From: Hyphomicrobiales bacterium
GTDB taxonomy: Bacteria; Pseudomonadota; Alphaproteobacteria; Rhizobiales; CAJQND01
Assembly: GCA_028285595.1 (NCBI GenBank)
Contig: JANQOW010000066.1
Span: 89,759-153,758, forward strand
Length of the DNA stretch: 64,000 nucleotides
Reading direction: 5' to 3'
Position 1 is the stretch's first letter. Each line of letters opens with the position of its first letter. Shown one piece after another: positions 1 through 9,012 of the stretch. Below the pieces are notes generated by a model. It did no database searches and was not told where the DNA came from. It saw only the letters and a program-made list of their open reading frames with translations. Made by a program: the position numbers and the translations under genes.

Positions 1-1
1 A

Positions 2-583
2 CGAAGAAAATATTGCAAGAGCCATAAGGTTTACGACAAGTCCCAGTTGATTTTGGTGACCGTACCCGCCAACGGCAGGAAACATTCCATTAAGAAACAC
101 TTGCTTCACAGAGATGATGGCTTGGAAAACTAATCCAATGCTCATGCCAATCAAAACAAGATCGATGTTGTCTCTATTTTGACAAACGCGTAAAATGATA
201 ATGTAGAGAACAAAAACTCGTAACAGTTGCCATACATAGAACAGCACAGGCTGTGTCAGGTTGCTGTTTGCAGCTGAGAGTAACACAGCCGCAAAATAAA
301 TAATCATTGGCCAGAGGAACGGAATCCGTCCCTTTGTCCTGGGGTAGGCAATCAACATGGACAACACCAGAATGTCTAGCGCCGAAAACAGGATCCCTTT
401 TGTGAATCCAGGCCACCACCCCCAATCTACAAGAGCAATGTCGAGTTCCGGCACTGTCGCCACAACCGAAGGCAACAGCCCCAATGCAACCACACCTAAC
501 CGCATGTTTTGTGGTTTCGAACGCAGCCAAGCAGCCAATGGAATGATCGCAACAAGCGAGATGATTGCTAGCAGCCACTTCAA
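2..583 (-). CDS. O-antigen ligase/Wzy-family membrane protein, 5' part (runs off the left edge; not in the ORF track)
   Basis: Manual translation from TTG at 583 (in-frame TGA just upstream) is open to the window edge: MKWLLAIISLVAIIPLAAWLRSKP...DWGWWPGFTKG...FYVWQLLRV...GGYGHQNQLG. Multiple TM segments and a GHxNxLG ligase-type motif. Confidence 0.75.
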   Translation of the reverse strand, partial: MKWLLAIISLVAIIPLAAWLRSKPQNMRLGVVALGLLPSVVATVPELDIALVDWGWWPGFTKGILFSALDILVLSMLIAYPRTKGRIPFLWPMIIYFAAVLLSAANSNLTQPVLFYVWQLLRVFVLYIIILRVCQNRDNIDLVLIGMSIGLVFQAIISVKQVFLNGMFPAVGGYGHQNQLGLVVNLMALAIFSS

Positions 584-1084
584 TCGGAAATTCCCAACTA
601 TTTGGATAGAAGTTCAAGGGGATGCGGATCCCCAACCCTACAGATTCATCCGTTCACATAACACACAGAGTGTTAATTCATCTGCAATCAAAGCGTTTGG
701 ACAACTTTAATATGGATGGCATCTAAGTTTGACTCTTTTTTGAGGCTGCAGATTGGGCGTTTGTGACAGTTCAAGGGATGGCAGTGAGAACCGTGCCACG
801 TCAGCTGTTCTTCTGCCTCGACCTCACTGCGAGGTGGAGCACTATCTCGCGCATTCAAAGGGGTGTGCTGATTTCGCTCGGAACCGCCAGGTTTCATCCC
901 TTGTGAATGTCTAAACGTGCAAGAGATGGATGGAGGCACTCCCTTAAGGCCGCATGGGATCGGAGGTTAAGCTTTTCAGTTTTTCGGACTTGGCATGGCA
1001 AGGATATCATGGGCATGATCAACAGATTGCGGGGTTGGCGACTTGCCGGCTCAGCACATTACCTTAGTACGAAAGCTATTCAGA

Positions 1085-1864
1085 ATGCTTAGAAGCAAGT
1101 TCTCTAGATCGGGATCGGAAGTATCTAACGACGATATTGGAGTTGAGCTTCTAAAGGTCTTCGACTCCCTATTCGTGATCAATCTGCGCACTCGGACTGA
1201 TCGCAGGAAGGAAATTGAGGAACAACTTGCTCAGATTGGGCTCACATTTAACGATACGACGGTCAGGCTTTTTGACGCTGAGCGGCCTACAACACCTGGC
1301 CCATGGACTTCAATTGGCGCGCGAGGCTGCTTCATGAGCCATTTAGGCATAATTCAGACTGCACAAAGAGAAAGCTTAGAGAGCATTGCGATCATCGAAG
1401 ACGATATGGATTGGACAACCGATTTCCTTTCCAGTCCGAGTGACACAATCAGTCAAATTGCTAAAGATAACTGGAGTTACCTGCATGGCGGGACAACAGG
1501 TAACATTGTGAGTTCACAGGTCCCCAAAGCAATGCCAGTTGCCCCTAAAGCCCACCTTCATGCTAGCCATTTCATTGGCCTTCGCGGCCGGGCGCTTGAA
1601 CTTATTGGAGATTACCTCGTCTCCATGACTGAGCGGCCCAGAGAAGATCCAAAGGGCGGCCCGATGCCCATCGACGGAGCATACCATTGGTTTCGGAGCG
1701 ACCATCCAGAACTTGTTGGGGCGGTCTGCACGCCTGGAATCGCCGCCCAGCGAAGCTCAAAATCCGATATAACCCCGAAGGTCCATGATAGAATTCCCGG
1801 CGTCTCCACATTAGCCTCGGCCTTCAGACGCCTCGCGCGCAAAGCCACCTCTAAAAAGGCATAG
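1085..1864 (+). CDS. Glycosyltransferase family 25-like (LPS/EPS biosynthesis)
   Basis: VINLRTRTDRR, GARGCFMSH and IIEDD motifs typical of GT25. ATG at 1085 preferred over TTG at 1043. Confidence 0.8.
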   Translation: MLRSKFSRSGSEVSNDDIGVELLKVFDSLFVINLRTRTDRRKEIEEQLAQIGLTFNDTTVRLFDAERPTTPGPWTSIGARGCFMSHLGIIQTAQRESLESIAIIEDDMDWTTDFLSSPSDTISQIAKDNWSYLHGGTTGNIVSSQVPKAMPVAPKAHLHASHFIGLRGRALELIGDYLVSMTERPREDPKGGPMPIDGAYHWFRSDHPELVGAVCTPGIAAQRSSKSDITPKVHDRIPGVSTLASAFRRLARKATSKKA

Positions 1865-2124
1865 CCGAATCGCTTGGTGAGGGCCCTCAGCACGGCTCGC
1901 CTTTAGGCCACAGTCGGCCTAGCTTGAGTTGTCTGCTAGGTACTTGCAGCCCGGGTCAATGATACTCTTTGGAAGGGTATCTTCACCAGGAACAGCCTAA
2001 CGAAGCTTACTAAGCGTGGGACTATACTGGTCAATGGTATGGCAGGCCCTACACACCCAGGACATTGGATCAACTTTTCCTCACCGAATACGATTGAGAC
2101 AAGCCGTTCTTTATCAAATGGACA

Positions 2125-4041
2125 TCACTCACGCGCCAGCGAACGATGCACTATGCCTGCTACGAATTTTGACCCGCCTTCCGTGTAGTGGGCCTCATCC
2201 CATGCTAACGGAGTTCTTGACGCGCCGCCGACAGACGCGCGGCATTTCGTTCCCTCGCACAAATTCTCAATCAATGACACATAGATCGCGCCATACTGCA
2301 TCGAGATCTTTGAGAGAGACTTGTCGAGTTTCCTGAGCTCGGCTATCAGCGGCATGTTAATCATTTCCGGAAGTTCACCGCTCGCCACCCGGACAAGGTG
2401 CTCTGGCAGAGACGGTTTCCACATTGGTGTGGGGCCGATTAGCACCGTTTTCTCAGAGTTTTTCTTCGAGAAATCTAAGGCAGATCTAAGATTTCTCTCG
2501 AAATATTTGGCATTTTGATGATAGAACCAGTTTGCAGATAAGATAATTATGTCAAATTTTTTACGCTCAATTTTTTTCTTAATATCTTTTACAAGATTAT
2601 TGCAGTTCAGATTAAATCTCTGCACCTCTTGTTCAAACGGCGGACAATTCATAGCCGTAAACTGAGAAACGTTTGAGTCGGATGGGAATTTGTCGTTGAT
2701 CCCAATATACAGATGCGCCGCGTGAGAGTCGCCCCATATGAGGACGTTGTTCCCGACGCCAAATCTAAGACACCCCGCTTTGTCCTCGAAACCTCGTTGA
2801 TTATTATGCAAAAAACACGCCCTCAGGCGATACTTCTCATCAATATTATAATCATTATATGCTAGTAGATTTTTCTCATCTTGATTAAATCTATCAGGAA
2901 TTCCCCCACTTACACCACTGTAGATTGAAAGACCGGAAAGCACGGTGATGGGAACAAATATCGATGCAGCAAAGGATGAATTTGATCGCAACAAGGTCTT
3001 CTTTCTGATGGGGTTCTCAAGAAACCGGTACGTTAGGGCCGCAAATACCACACTAAAGAAAATAACAGAAATTTTCAGATATATCTTTTCGATCGGAATA
3101 TTAACATTGTCGGCAAAAACAAAAAGCACCCAGTGCCAAAGATATAGTGAATACGAGATCAACCCAATATATATTAAAACACTGTTGCTAAATAGCTTGG
3201 TGATCAGCGGTTTAAATCGATACCCACCGGACCACATGATCATCGCGGTCCCAACGCAGGGCAACAAGGCACGATAAGATGGAAAGGGTGTCGCGCTGGA
3301 AAACCAGAAGGCGGACGCCAATATCATGGCGAGCCCGACCACTGACGCGCCGGACAACAACCATGGCGGCACCTGTTCCTCGCCCGTTGCCTCGGCAGAT
3401 AGCAGTGCAAGGCCCGCCCCCAGCCCCAGCTCCCAAGCCCTGGTAGGCAGCAAAAAGAAACCTGCGACTGGCTTAGCCGCCGCTGCCCAGATCGCCAAAG
3501 CCAGCGACAGGAGTATTGAAGCGCACAGCAATGGAAATAGTAAATTTCTTTTAAACTTGAATATCAAACACACTATAACCGGATAAAAAATATAAAACTG
3601 TTCCTCAACGGAAAGCGACCACATATGCAACAGCGGTCGCAATCCCGCATCCACATCAAAATAATTTGTATTCTTCCATAAATATATATTTGAAACGAAG
3701 AAAATCTGAGAAATCAAATTTGACGTCATGTCATAAAATAATTTCGGCGAGTACAAATTATAAAAAACTATAAATGTAAATGACAAAACCAAAATCATAG
3801 ACGGCAGCAATCGCCTAGCACGTCGTATCCAAAACCTCTTAAAAGAAAAGCGATTATTGTGCAGATCTGAGTAAATTATCTTAGTTATTAGATATCCGCT
3901 GATCACGAAGAACACATCGACACCAACGTATCCTCCAGATACAACACCCAACTCTGCATGGAAAACAATAACCAGCCCGATGGCCAGCGCCCGAAGCCCG
4001 TCAATATCGGGTCTGTAAACTGTGTCGAAGTTTGAACGCAC
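2125..4041 (-). CDS. Acyltransferase-3 (OafA/OatA-like) fused to an SGNH domain; polysaccharide O-acyltransferase
   Basis: YRPDIDGLRA, GVDVFFVISGYLI, RRARRLLP, HMWSLSVEEQFY, SYSLYLWHW; C-terminal GDSHA and DxxH (DEAH). Confidence 0.92.
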   Translation of the reverse strand: MRSNFDTVYRPDIDGLRALAIGLVIVFHAELGVVSGGYVGVDVFFVISGYLITKIIYSDLHNNRFSFKRFWIRRARRLLPSMILVLSFTFIVFYNLYSPKLFYDMTSNLISQIFFVSNIYLWKNTNYFDVDAGLRPLLHMWSLSVEEQFYIFYPVIVCLIFKFKRNLLFPLLCASILLSLALAIWAAAAKPVAGFFLLPTRAWELGLGAGLALLSAEATGEEQVPPWLLSGASVVGLAMILASAFWFSSATPFPSYRALLPCVGTAMIMWSGGYRFKPLITKLFSNSVLIYIGLISYSLYLWHWVLFVFADNVNIPIEKIYLKISVIFFSVVFAALTYRFLENPIRKKTLLRSNSSFAASIFVPITVLSGLSIYSGVSGGIPDRFNQDEKNLLAYNDYNIDEKYRLRACFLHNNQRGFEDKAGCLRFGVGNNVLIWGDSHAAHLYIGINDKFPSDSNVSQFTAMNCPPFEQEVQRFNLNCNNLVKDIKKKIERKKFDIIILSANWFYHQNAKYFERNLRSALDFSKKNSEKTVLIGPTPMWKPSLPEHLVRVASGELPEMINMPLIAELRKLDKSLSKISMQYGAIYVSLIENLCEGTKCRASVGGASRTPLAWDEAHYTEGGSKFVAGIVHRSLARE

Positions 4042-4540
4042 TGGTCGCCCGCCCGCCTCTGAAGTGGTTGTTCTCGTTGTACGATTTGCCTGATCGTAAG
4101 TTACCGAGTCACGCTGTTTTAACGCAAGCTACGAACAAAGTATTGTCGAAATGAGTATGTGCATGTTCTTAAAGTATTGAAGGTTAAGCCGTTCGAGGGA
4201 ACATCAGCAGCTTGCCGGCACACCTTGGGCCTTACTCTCTAGAGTCCGGTTTCTGTTGCGCAGCTGCATGTGGCTTTGCCCTATGGAATCCCCGTCAAGC
4301 GATCCGCAGAAGCCTTTATCCAAGAGGAAATACCTCTGAGAACGCCTCGCGAGAATCACTAGGCGGCAGTCCAGATCGAGAACTTGTTTAAGACTTCAAT
4401 AAAATCCTTGTTCTGACCTTAATTTGATCTTTAACGCGTGATCCTACTCTCTCCTGCGCGATGGTGCGCACATCATGTTTAGGCATGAAGCTGCGTCGAG
4501 ATCAAAACCACGGTTTAGGCGGTGGTGGGAGTTTTGAGTT

Positions 4541-7500
4541 ATGGGCGACGACAACAAGGTCGATCTGCGTACAGGCATTCACGCTTTCTGGCCCGTCAAC
4601 GGGCACGCGAGTCACGATCCATCGGACACGCTTGAACTGCGACGAGACCAATCTGCAGCGCTGATGCCTCCGGTACAGACCGCGCCTGAATCCGCCGAAC
4701 CAAACACAATCATATTCGATGCGCAGTTTGACGATACCAACGCGGCATCAGCTGCTGCAGAACCGCCTTCGTCCAAAGAGCAAGCCGACAGCTCTGATTT
4801 TCTGCTCAACGCAGCAGAACAGCATACTCCAGGTACGCAAGAAGCTGAGAACAAGTTCGAGAATGGGCCAAGCAGCCAACAGTCAACTCCCAGTGACGTC
4901 TCCGCAACGAATGAAGCACCGCCGACAGTTCACGACGAAGAGGCGGATACCACGAGCTCGCGTGAAGAAAGCCTAGACACCAGTTTTGAGCCTGCTGCGG
5001 GCACGTTCGATGGTGCAAGTGACACCGCTGGAATCGCCACCGTTCAAGATGCCACCGCCACGGCCAATGTCGGTGGGATGCATTCGGCCAATGGGTCTCA
5101 AACGACTCCCGAACCGGGCCACATGGGTGCAATGTCATCAGACACCGAACCAGGAAGTCCGTTTATTGATTGGTCATTGGATGAAACGCGGCTTCAAGAA
5201 CAACAAATGACACTGAATTTGGTGCCATCCGACATGGTCACGCACCGTGCCGTTCAGAGTGGTAGCTGGTTTGATCCAAACACTTGGGAGACTGGAGAGG
5301 TACCGGGAGCTGGAGCGCGAGTTCAAATCCCGCTCGATACGCAAGTCACATACGACGGCCAGAGTACTGCGCCACTCCTAACTGTTCGGGTGGATGGAGA
5401 GCTCAAGTTCTCCAATGCCGTAAACACAAAAATGGTCGTCGATACGTTTGTGGTTACCCATCCGGGCAGACTGGAAATTGCGCCCAACAAAGATGTCACG
5501 ACAGATGTGGTGTTTCAGGATCACGACGGCCCAATAAGTGACATGATGTCCATGGGGCTTGGCCTTGTCACCTTGGGCTCAGTGTCGATCCAAGGCACAG
5601 AAAAAACGTCGCATACCAAAGTCGGTGTCGACGCCTATCAGGGGGACACGTCTCTCGTCCTTAGCGAAATCCCAGTTAACTGGGAGGTCGGAGATACCAT
5701 CGTCCTCACTGGAACCACTGCCCTGGACTTTGAGATGCGGGAGCATCAAGACGAAGTGCGGACCATCACCGCTATCGAAGGCAATGTCGTCCACTTTGAT
5801 GGGCCGTTACAATTTGACCATGTGGGCCCTCAAGACGGCCTCTTTGCATCAGTCGCGAACATGAGTCGAAATGTAACATTCTCCAGCGCGGATCCGGACA
5901 CAATCGCCAACCGTGGCCACGTAATGTTCATGCACAACGATGATGTGGATGTTCGCTATGCTGAGTTCGACGAACTCGGGCGCACTGATAAGTCGCGGTT
6001 GGACGTCGGCTCGATGGAAAACCCGAATGGTCGATATGCCTTTCACTTTCACAAGCAAGGCGTTGAGCTTGATGACGACCCATCGATGGCCATCGGCAAT
6101 GCAGTAACGGGGTCGCCTGGCTGGGGATTCGTCCACCATTCGAGCTATTCCATCTTCGACAACAATGCTGCGTACGGGGTAGCAGGCGCCGCATTCGTTG
6201 CTGAATCTGGCGATGAAACCGGATCGTGGGGCGGTAACATCGCAATTGGTGGGATTGGCATCGAAGGAAGCGCAGACTCTCCAAAAGCTGCGGTATTAAC
6301 CGCGAACACAGGCAATGGCGGCGTGGGCTTTTACTTCCAGGGACGCCTCGTCCACAATCACGACAACATCGCGGCGAGCCAGTCCAGTCATGGATTTCTC
6401 TACTTTCATCGCACAGTAACCTCCCTGAAAAACCCAACTCCCGGCACCTTTGATGACATCCTTGCGGAAGGATACATGGTTGGCGATTCCAACGATCTTG
6501 AGACTGATCGCCCCCCTATCCAAGGTTTCGCCGGCAATGAAGCTTTTGCTGTCGGCACTGGCTTTGAGGTGATCAAAAACATAGCCCATCAGCATCACGG
6601 TGACCGCTCGGTTTTCGAAGATTTTCTCGCTTGGAATGTGCAAGAGGGAGTGCTGTTCGATTATACGGGCCACTATCTGCTTAGGGATTCCCTTGTGATT
6701 TCCCGCGCCGATACAGGAGAGCACATTGGCCCCGATCGCAGCTGGGATTCAACAGGATTGCAGGGAGGAAACTGGGCTGTCGACACGGTTTTTGACAATG
6801 TTGAGGTGATCGGGTTTCATGATGCAATCAAAACCTCCAGCGTTGGCTCGCTTGACTCTGGAAGCTTTATCGTCACCCGCCTAACCGCAACTGACGTTGT
6901 GAACCGGATCAACAACAGATCGGATGTAAGTGACTTTGTAATTGAACTCGACATGAGTTCTGTAGACCTGTCACAAACACCAACGTTGATTTTCGACGCT
7001 GACGCTGATCTTACGATCGACTCAATTTCAGGCAACGAGTATCTCGACCTGTCCGGAACCTTCACCGACAGCCTCGGAACCAGCGATTATCAGATCAATA
7101 CAGATCATGCCACCCGCAGGCATTACTATGAAGTAGATCTTCGCCAGATGATTCGGGAGAACGGCTTCTACGATGCAGCCGATGGAAGCACGGTTACGCT
7201 GTATCGGGAACTCCTGTCAGACCGCTGGACCGGCGATACGTTCGTCATGGACATCGTGATAACGATCGCTGACCCTACAATCCTCGACACAATATACGAT
7301 GCCGAGGGTCACCCGATCAGTCAGACTGGCTTCAAGGGCGTATTGGACACAACAGAGTTAGGCGGGTTTCTGTACACCAATTCGGGCGCTTATGCCCAAA
7401 CTGACTATGTAAAGGTAGACGAAGGCAAAAGCATCGTCTTCGATGTCTTTGCGAACGACAGTGATCTTGACGGTGACGCCATCTCTCTTGTTGGGTTCAC

Positions 7501-8626
7501 AGGTGTTGAGAACGGCACTCTTACACATCTAGGCAACGGTCAATTTAGTTACACCCCAAACCTCGGTTTTGTCGGAAGGGACGACTTCACTTACACAATT
7601 GTGGATGCCGGATCAGGTCGTCAAACACAAGGCAGAGTGTATGTAGATACAAAAGACGTAGTCGGCGACGAATACCTGACAGGTGGCTCGGGTTCGGATG
7701 TGATCGATGGCGGCGTGGGCAATGACGCCCTCTTAGGTTTCGAAGGCAACGATGTGCTGGACGGCGGTTCCGGCAGTGACATCCTGCAAGGAGGCAACGG
7801 CATAGACTGGCTGTTCGGTCGAGACGGCGCCGACACCCTGGATGGCGGCGAAGAAACTGACGCGCTTTTCGGCGGAGATGGTGACGACAACCTTACAGGT
7901 GGCGCGGGCGGAGACAGTTTGGATGGAGGCTACGGCGATGACGTTATCAACGGAAACGGCGGCATCGATTGGTTGTATGGCTCCTTTGGCGACGATGAGC
8001 TTATTGGGGGAGCCGACACCGACGCTCTGTTCGGCCAAGAAGGCAATGACACGCTGAGAGGGGGAGACGCCGGAGACAGTGTTGACGGAGGCGCAGACGA
8101 CGATCAGCTGTTCGGCGACGCGGGTGTTGATTGGTTGTATGGTCAGAGCGGAAATGATTCACTAGACGGCGGAGACGATGGTGACGTGCTGTTCGGCGGC
8201 GCTGGAAACGACACACTTTCCGGCGGCGCTGGAAACGACAGCCTTGACGGCGGAGATGGGGACGACGTGCTGAACGGCGGTGCGGGCGTCGACATCCACT
8301 GGGGTGGCCTGGGAGCGGACAGTTTTGTCTTCTCCAGTCCGTCCGACGGTGGTGACGTGGTGAGAGACTTTGTGAGCGGAATCGACACCATTGTCATAAA
8401 CCAAACTGGCTTTGGCCTGGGGGCTTCAGGCCCTCTGTCGAGCGAGATGTTTGAATCAGGTGATGGTTTGCCGGCGGGGTTCACAGCCTCAGGTCCAGTC
8501 TTTTATCTCGAGACCGTAGGCGGCGGACTTTGGTTCGATCCAACAGGCGGATCTTCATCCGATGTTGTGATCGTCGCGGGGTTTGAAACAGGCAGGCCAG
8601 ACTTTTCCGATATCATTATCGCCTAG
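4541..8626 (+). CDS. Large RTX-repeat exoprotein: acidic N-terminal linker, G8 domain, parallel beta-helix region, Ig/cadherin-like domain, Ca-binding RTX repeats
   Basis: SGSWFDPNTW..VPGAGARVQIP (G8), GRYAFHFH, DVFANDSDLDGD...FSYTP...DFTYTI (Ig-like), GGxGxDxLxG nonapeptides; no N-terminal signal peptide. Confidence 0.85.
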   Translation: MGDDNKVDLRTGIHAFWPVNGHASHDPSDTLELRRDQSAALMPPVQTAPESAEPNTIIFDAQFDDTNAASAAAEPPSSKEQADSSDFLLNAAEQHTPGTQEAENKFENGPSSQQSTPSDVSATNEAPPTVHDEEADTTSSREESLDTSFEPAAGTFDGASDTAGIATVQDATATANVGGMHSANGSQTTPEPGHMGAMSSDTEPGSPFIDWSLDETRLQEQQMTLNLVPSDMVTHRAVQSGSWFDPNTWETGEVPGAGARVQIPLDTQVTYDGQSTAPLLTVRVDGELKFSNAVNTKMVVDTFVVTHPGRLEIAPNKDVTTDVVFQDHDGPISDMMSMGLGLVTLGSVSIQGTEKTSHTKVGVDAYQGDTSLVLSEIPVNWEVGDTIVLTGTTALDFEMREHQDEVRTITAIEGNVVHFDGPLQFDHVGPQDGLFASVANMSRNVTFSSADPDTIANRGHVMFMHNDDVDVRYAEFDELGRTDKSRLDVGSMENPNGRYAFHFHKQGVELDDDPSMAIGNAVTGSPGWGFVHHSSYSIFDNNAAYGVAGAAFVAESGDETGSWGGNIAIGGIGIEGSADSPKAAVLTANTGNGGVGFYFQGRLVHNHDNIAASQSSHGFLYFHRTVTSLKNPTPGTFDDILAEGYMVGDSNDLETDRPPIQGFAGNEAFAVGTGFEVIKNIAHQHHGDRSVFEDFLAWNVQEGVLFDYTGHYLLRDSLVISRADTGEHIGPDRSWDSTGLQGGNWAVDTVFDNVEVIGFHDAIKTSSVGSLDSGSFIVTRLTATDVVNRINNRSDVSDFVIELDMSSVDLSQTPTLIFDADADLTIDSISGNEYLDLSGTFTDSLGTSDYQINTDHATRRHYYEVDLRQMIRENGFYDAADGSTVTLYRELLSDRWTGDTFVMDIVITIADPTILDTIYDAEGHPISQTGFKGVLDTTELGGFLYTNSGAYAQTDYVKVDEGKSIVFDVFANDSDLDGDAISLVGFTGVENGTLTHLGNGQFSYTPNLGFVGRDDFTYTIVDAGSGRQTQGRVYVDTKDVVGDEYLTGGSGSDVIDGGVGNDALLGFEGNDVLDGGSGSDILQGGNGIDWLFGRDGADTLDGGEETDALFGGDGDDNLTGGAGGDSLDGGYGDDVINGNGGIDWLYGSFGDDELIGGADTDALFGQEGNDTLRGGDAGDSVDGGADDDQLFGDAGVDWLYGQSGNDSLDGGDDGDVLFGGAGNDTLSGGAGNDSLDGGDGDDVLNGGAGVDIHWGGLGADSFVFSSPSDGGDVVRDFVSGIDTIVINQTGFGLGASGPLSSEMFESGDGLPAGFTASGPVFYLETVGGGLWFDPTGGSSSDVVIVAGFETGRPDFSDIIIA
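7802..8626 (+). repeat. RTX super-repeat plus C-terminal cassette, copy 1 (paralogous to 10657-11481)
   Basis: 54-aa period DWL(F/Y)G...TDALFG...GDS(L/V)DG; same length to the stop codon (825 nt) as copy 2. Confidence 0.9.
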
Positions 8627-9012
8627 CTGCTCCAGATCGTTTCTGACCTCCAGCTATGGCACATCGCGTCTACTTGAACGGGAAAGCCAGAGCTGAACAA
8701 GGCCAAACCTAAAGCAAAAATCAGCCTCTCCCGCCCCCCTCGCTGACCGCGTCGTCCTACACCCGCGGCGCATGTTCAGCACTTGTTTCGTCAAGCAGTC
8801 ATTTGGAAACTAATAGATTTCGCAGTAGGTCAAAACGCTGTGGAGCGACGAAACCTGTGCTTATCGTGAAATTGCCCTGCTTCGGTCACAAAGCTATAGT
8901 TTTCATCAACTTTAATTCTTTTTTGGGGCGGCGGCCTAACTCATTATCAGCAGCGAGGGTGTTAAGGTTCACTCAACCTTGTGTGGGCTTAATGTGAGTG
9001 CGGGAAAATCAG

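Noticed and set aside
174-710. ORF-track ORFs 174-635(-) and 357-710(+)
   Set aside because: Shadow frames of the real minus-strand membrane-protein gene at 2-583.
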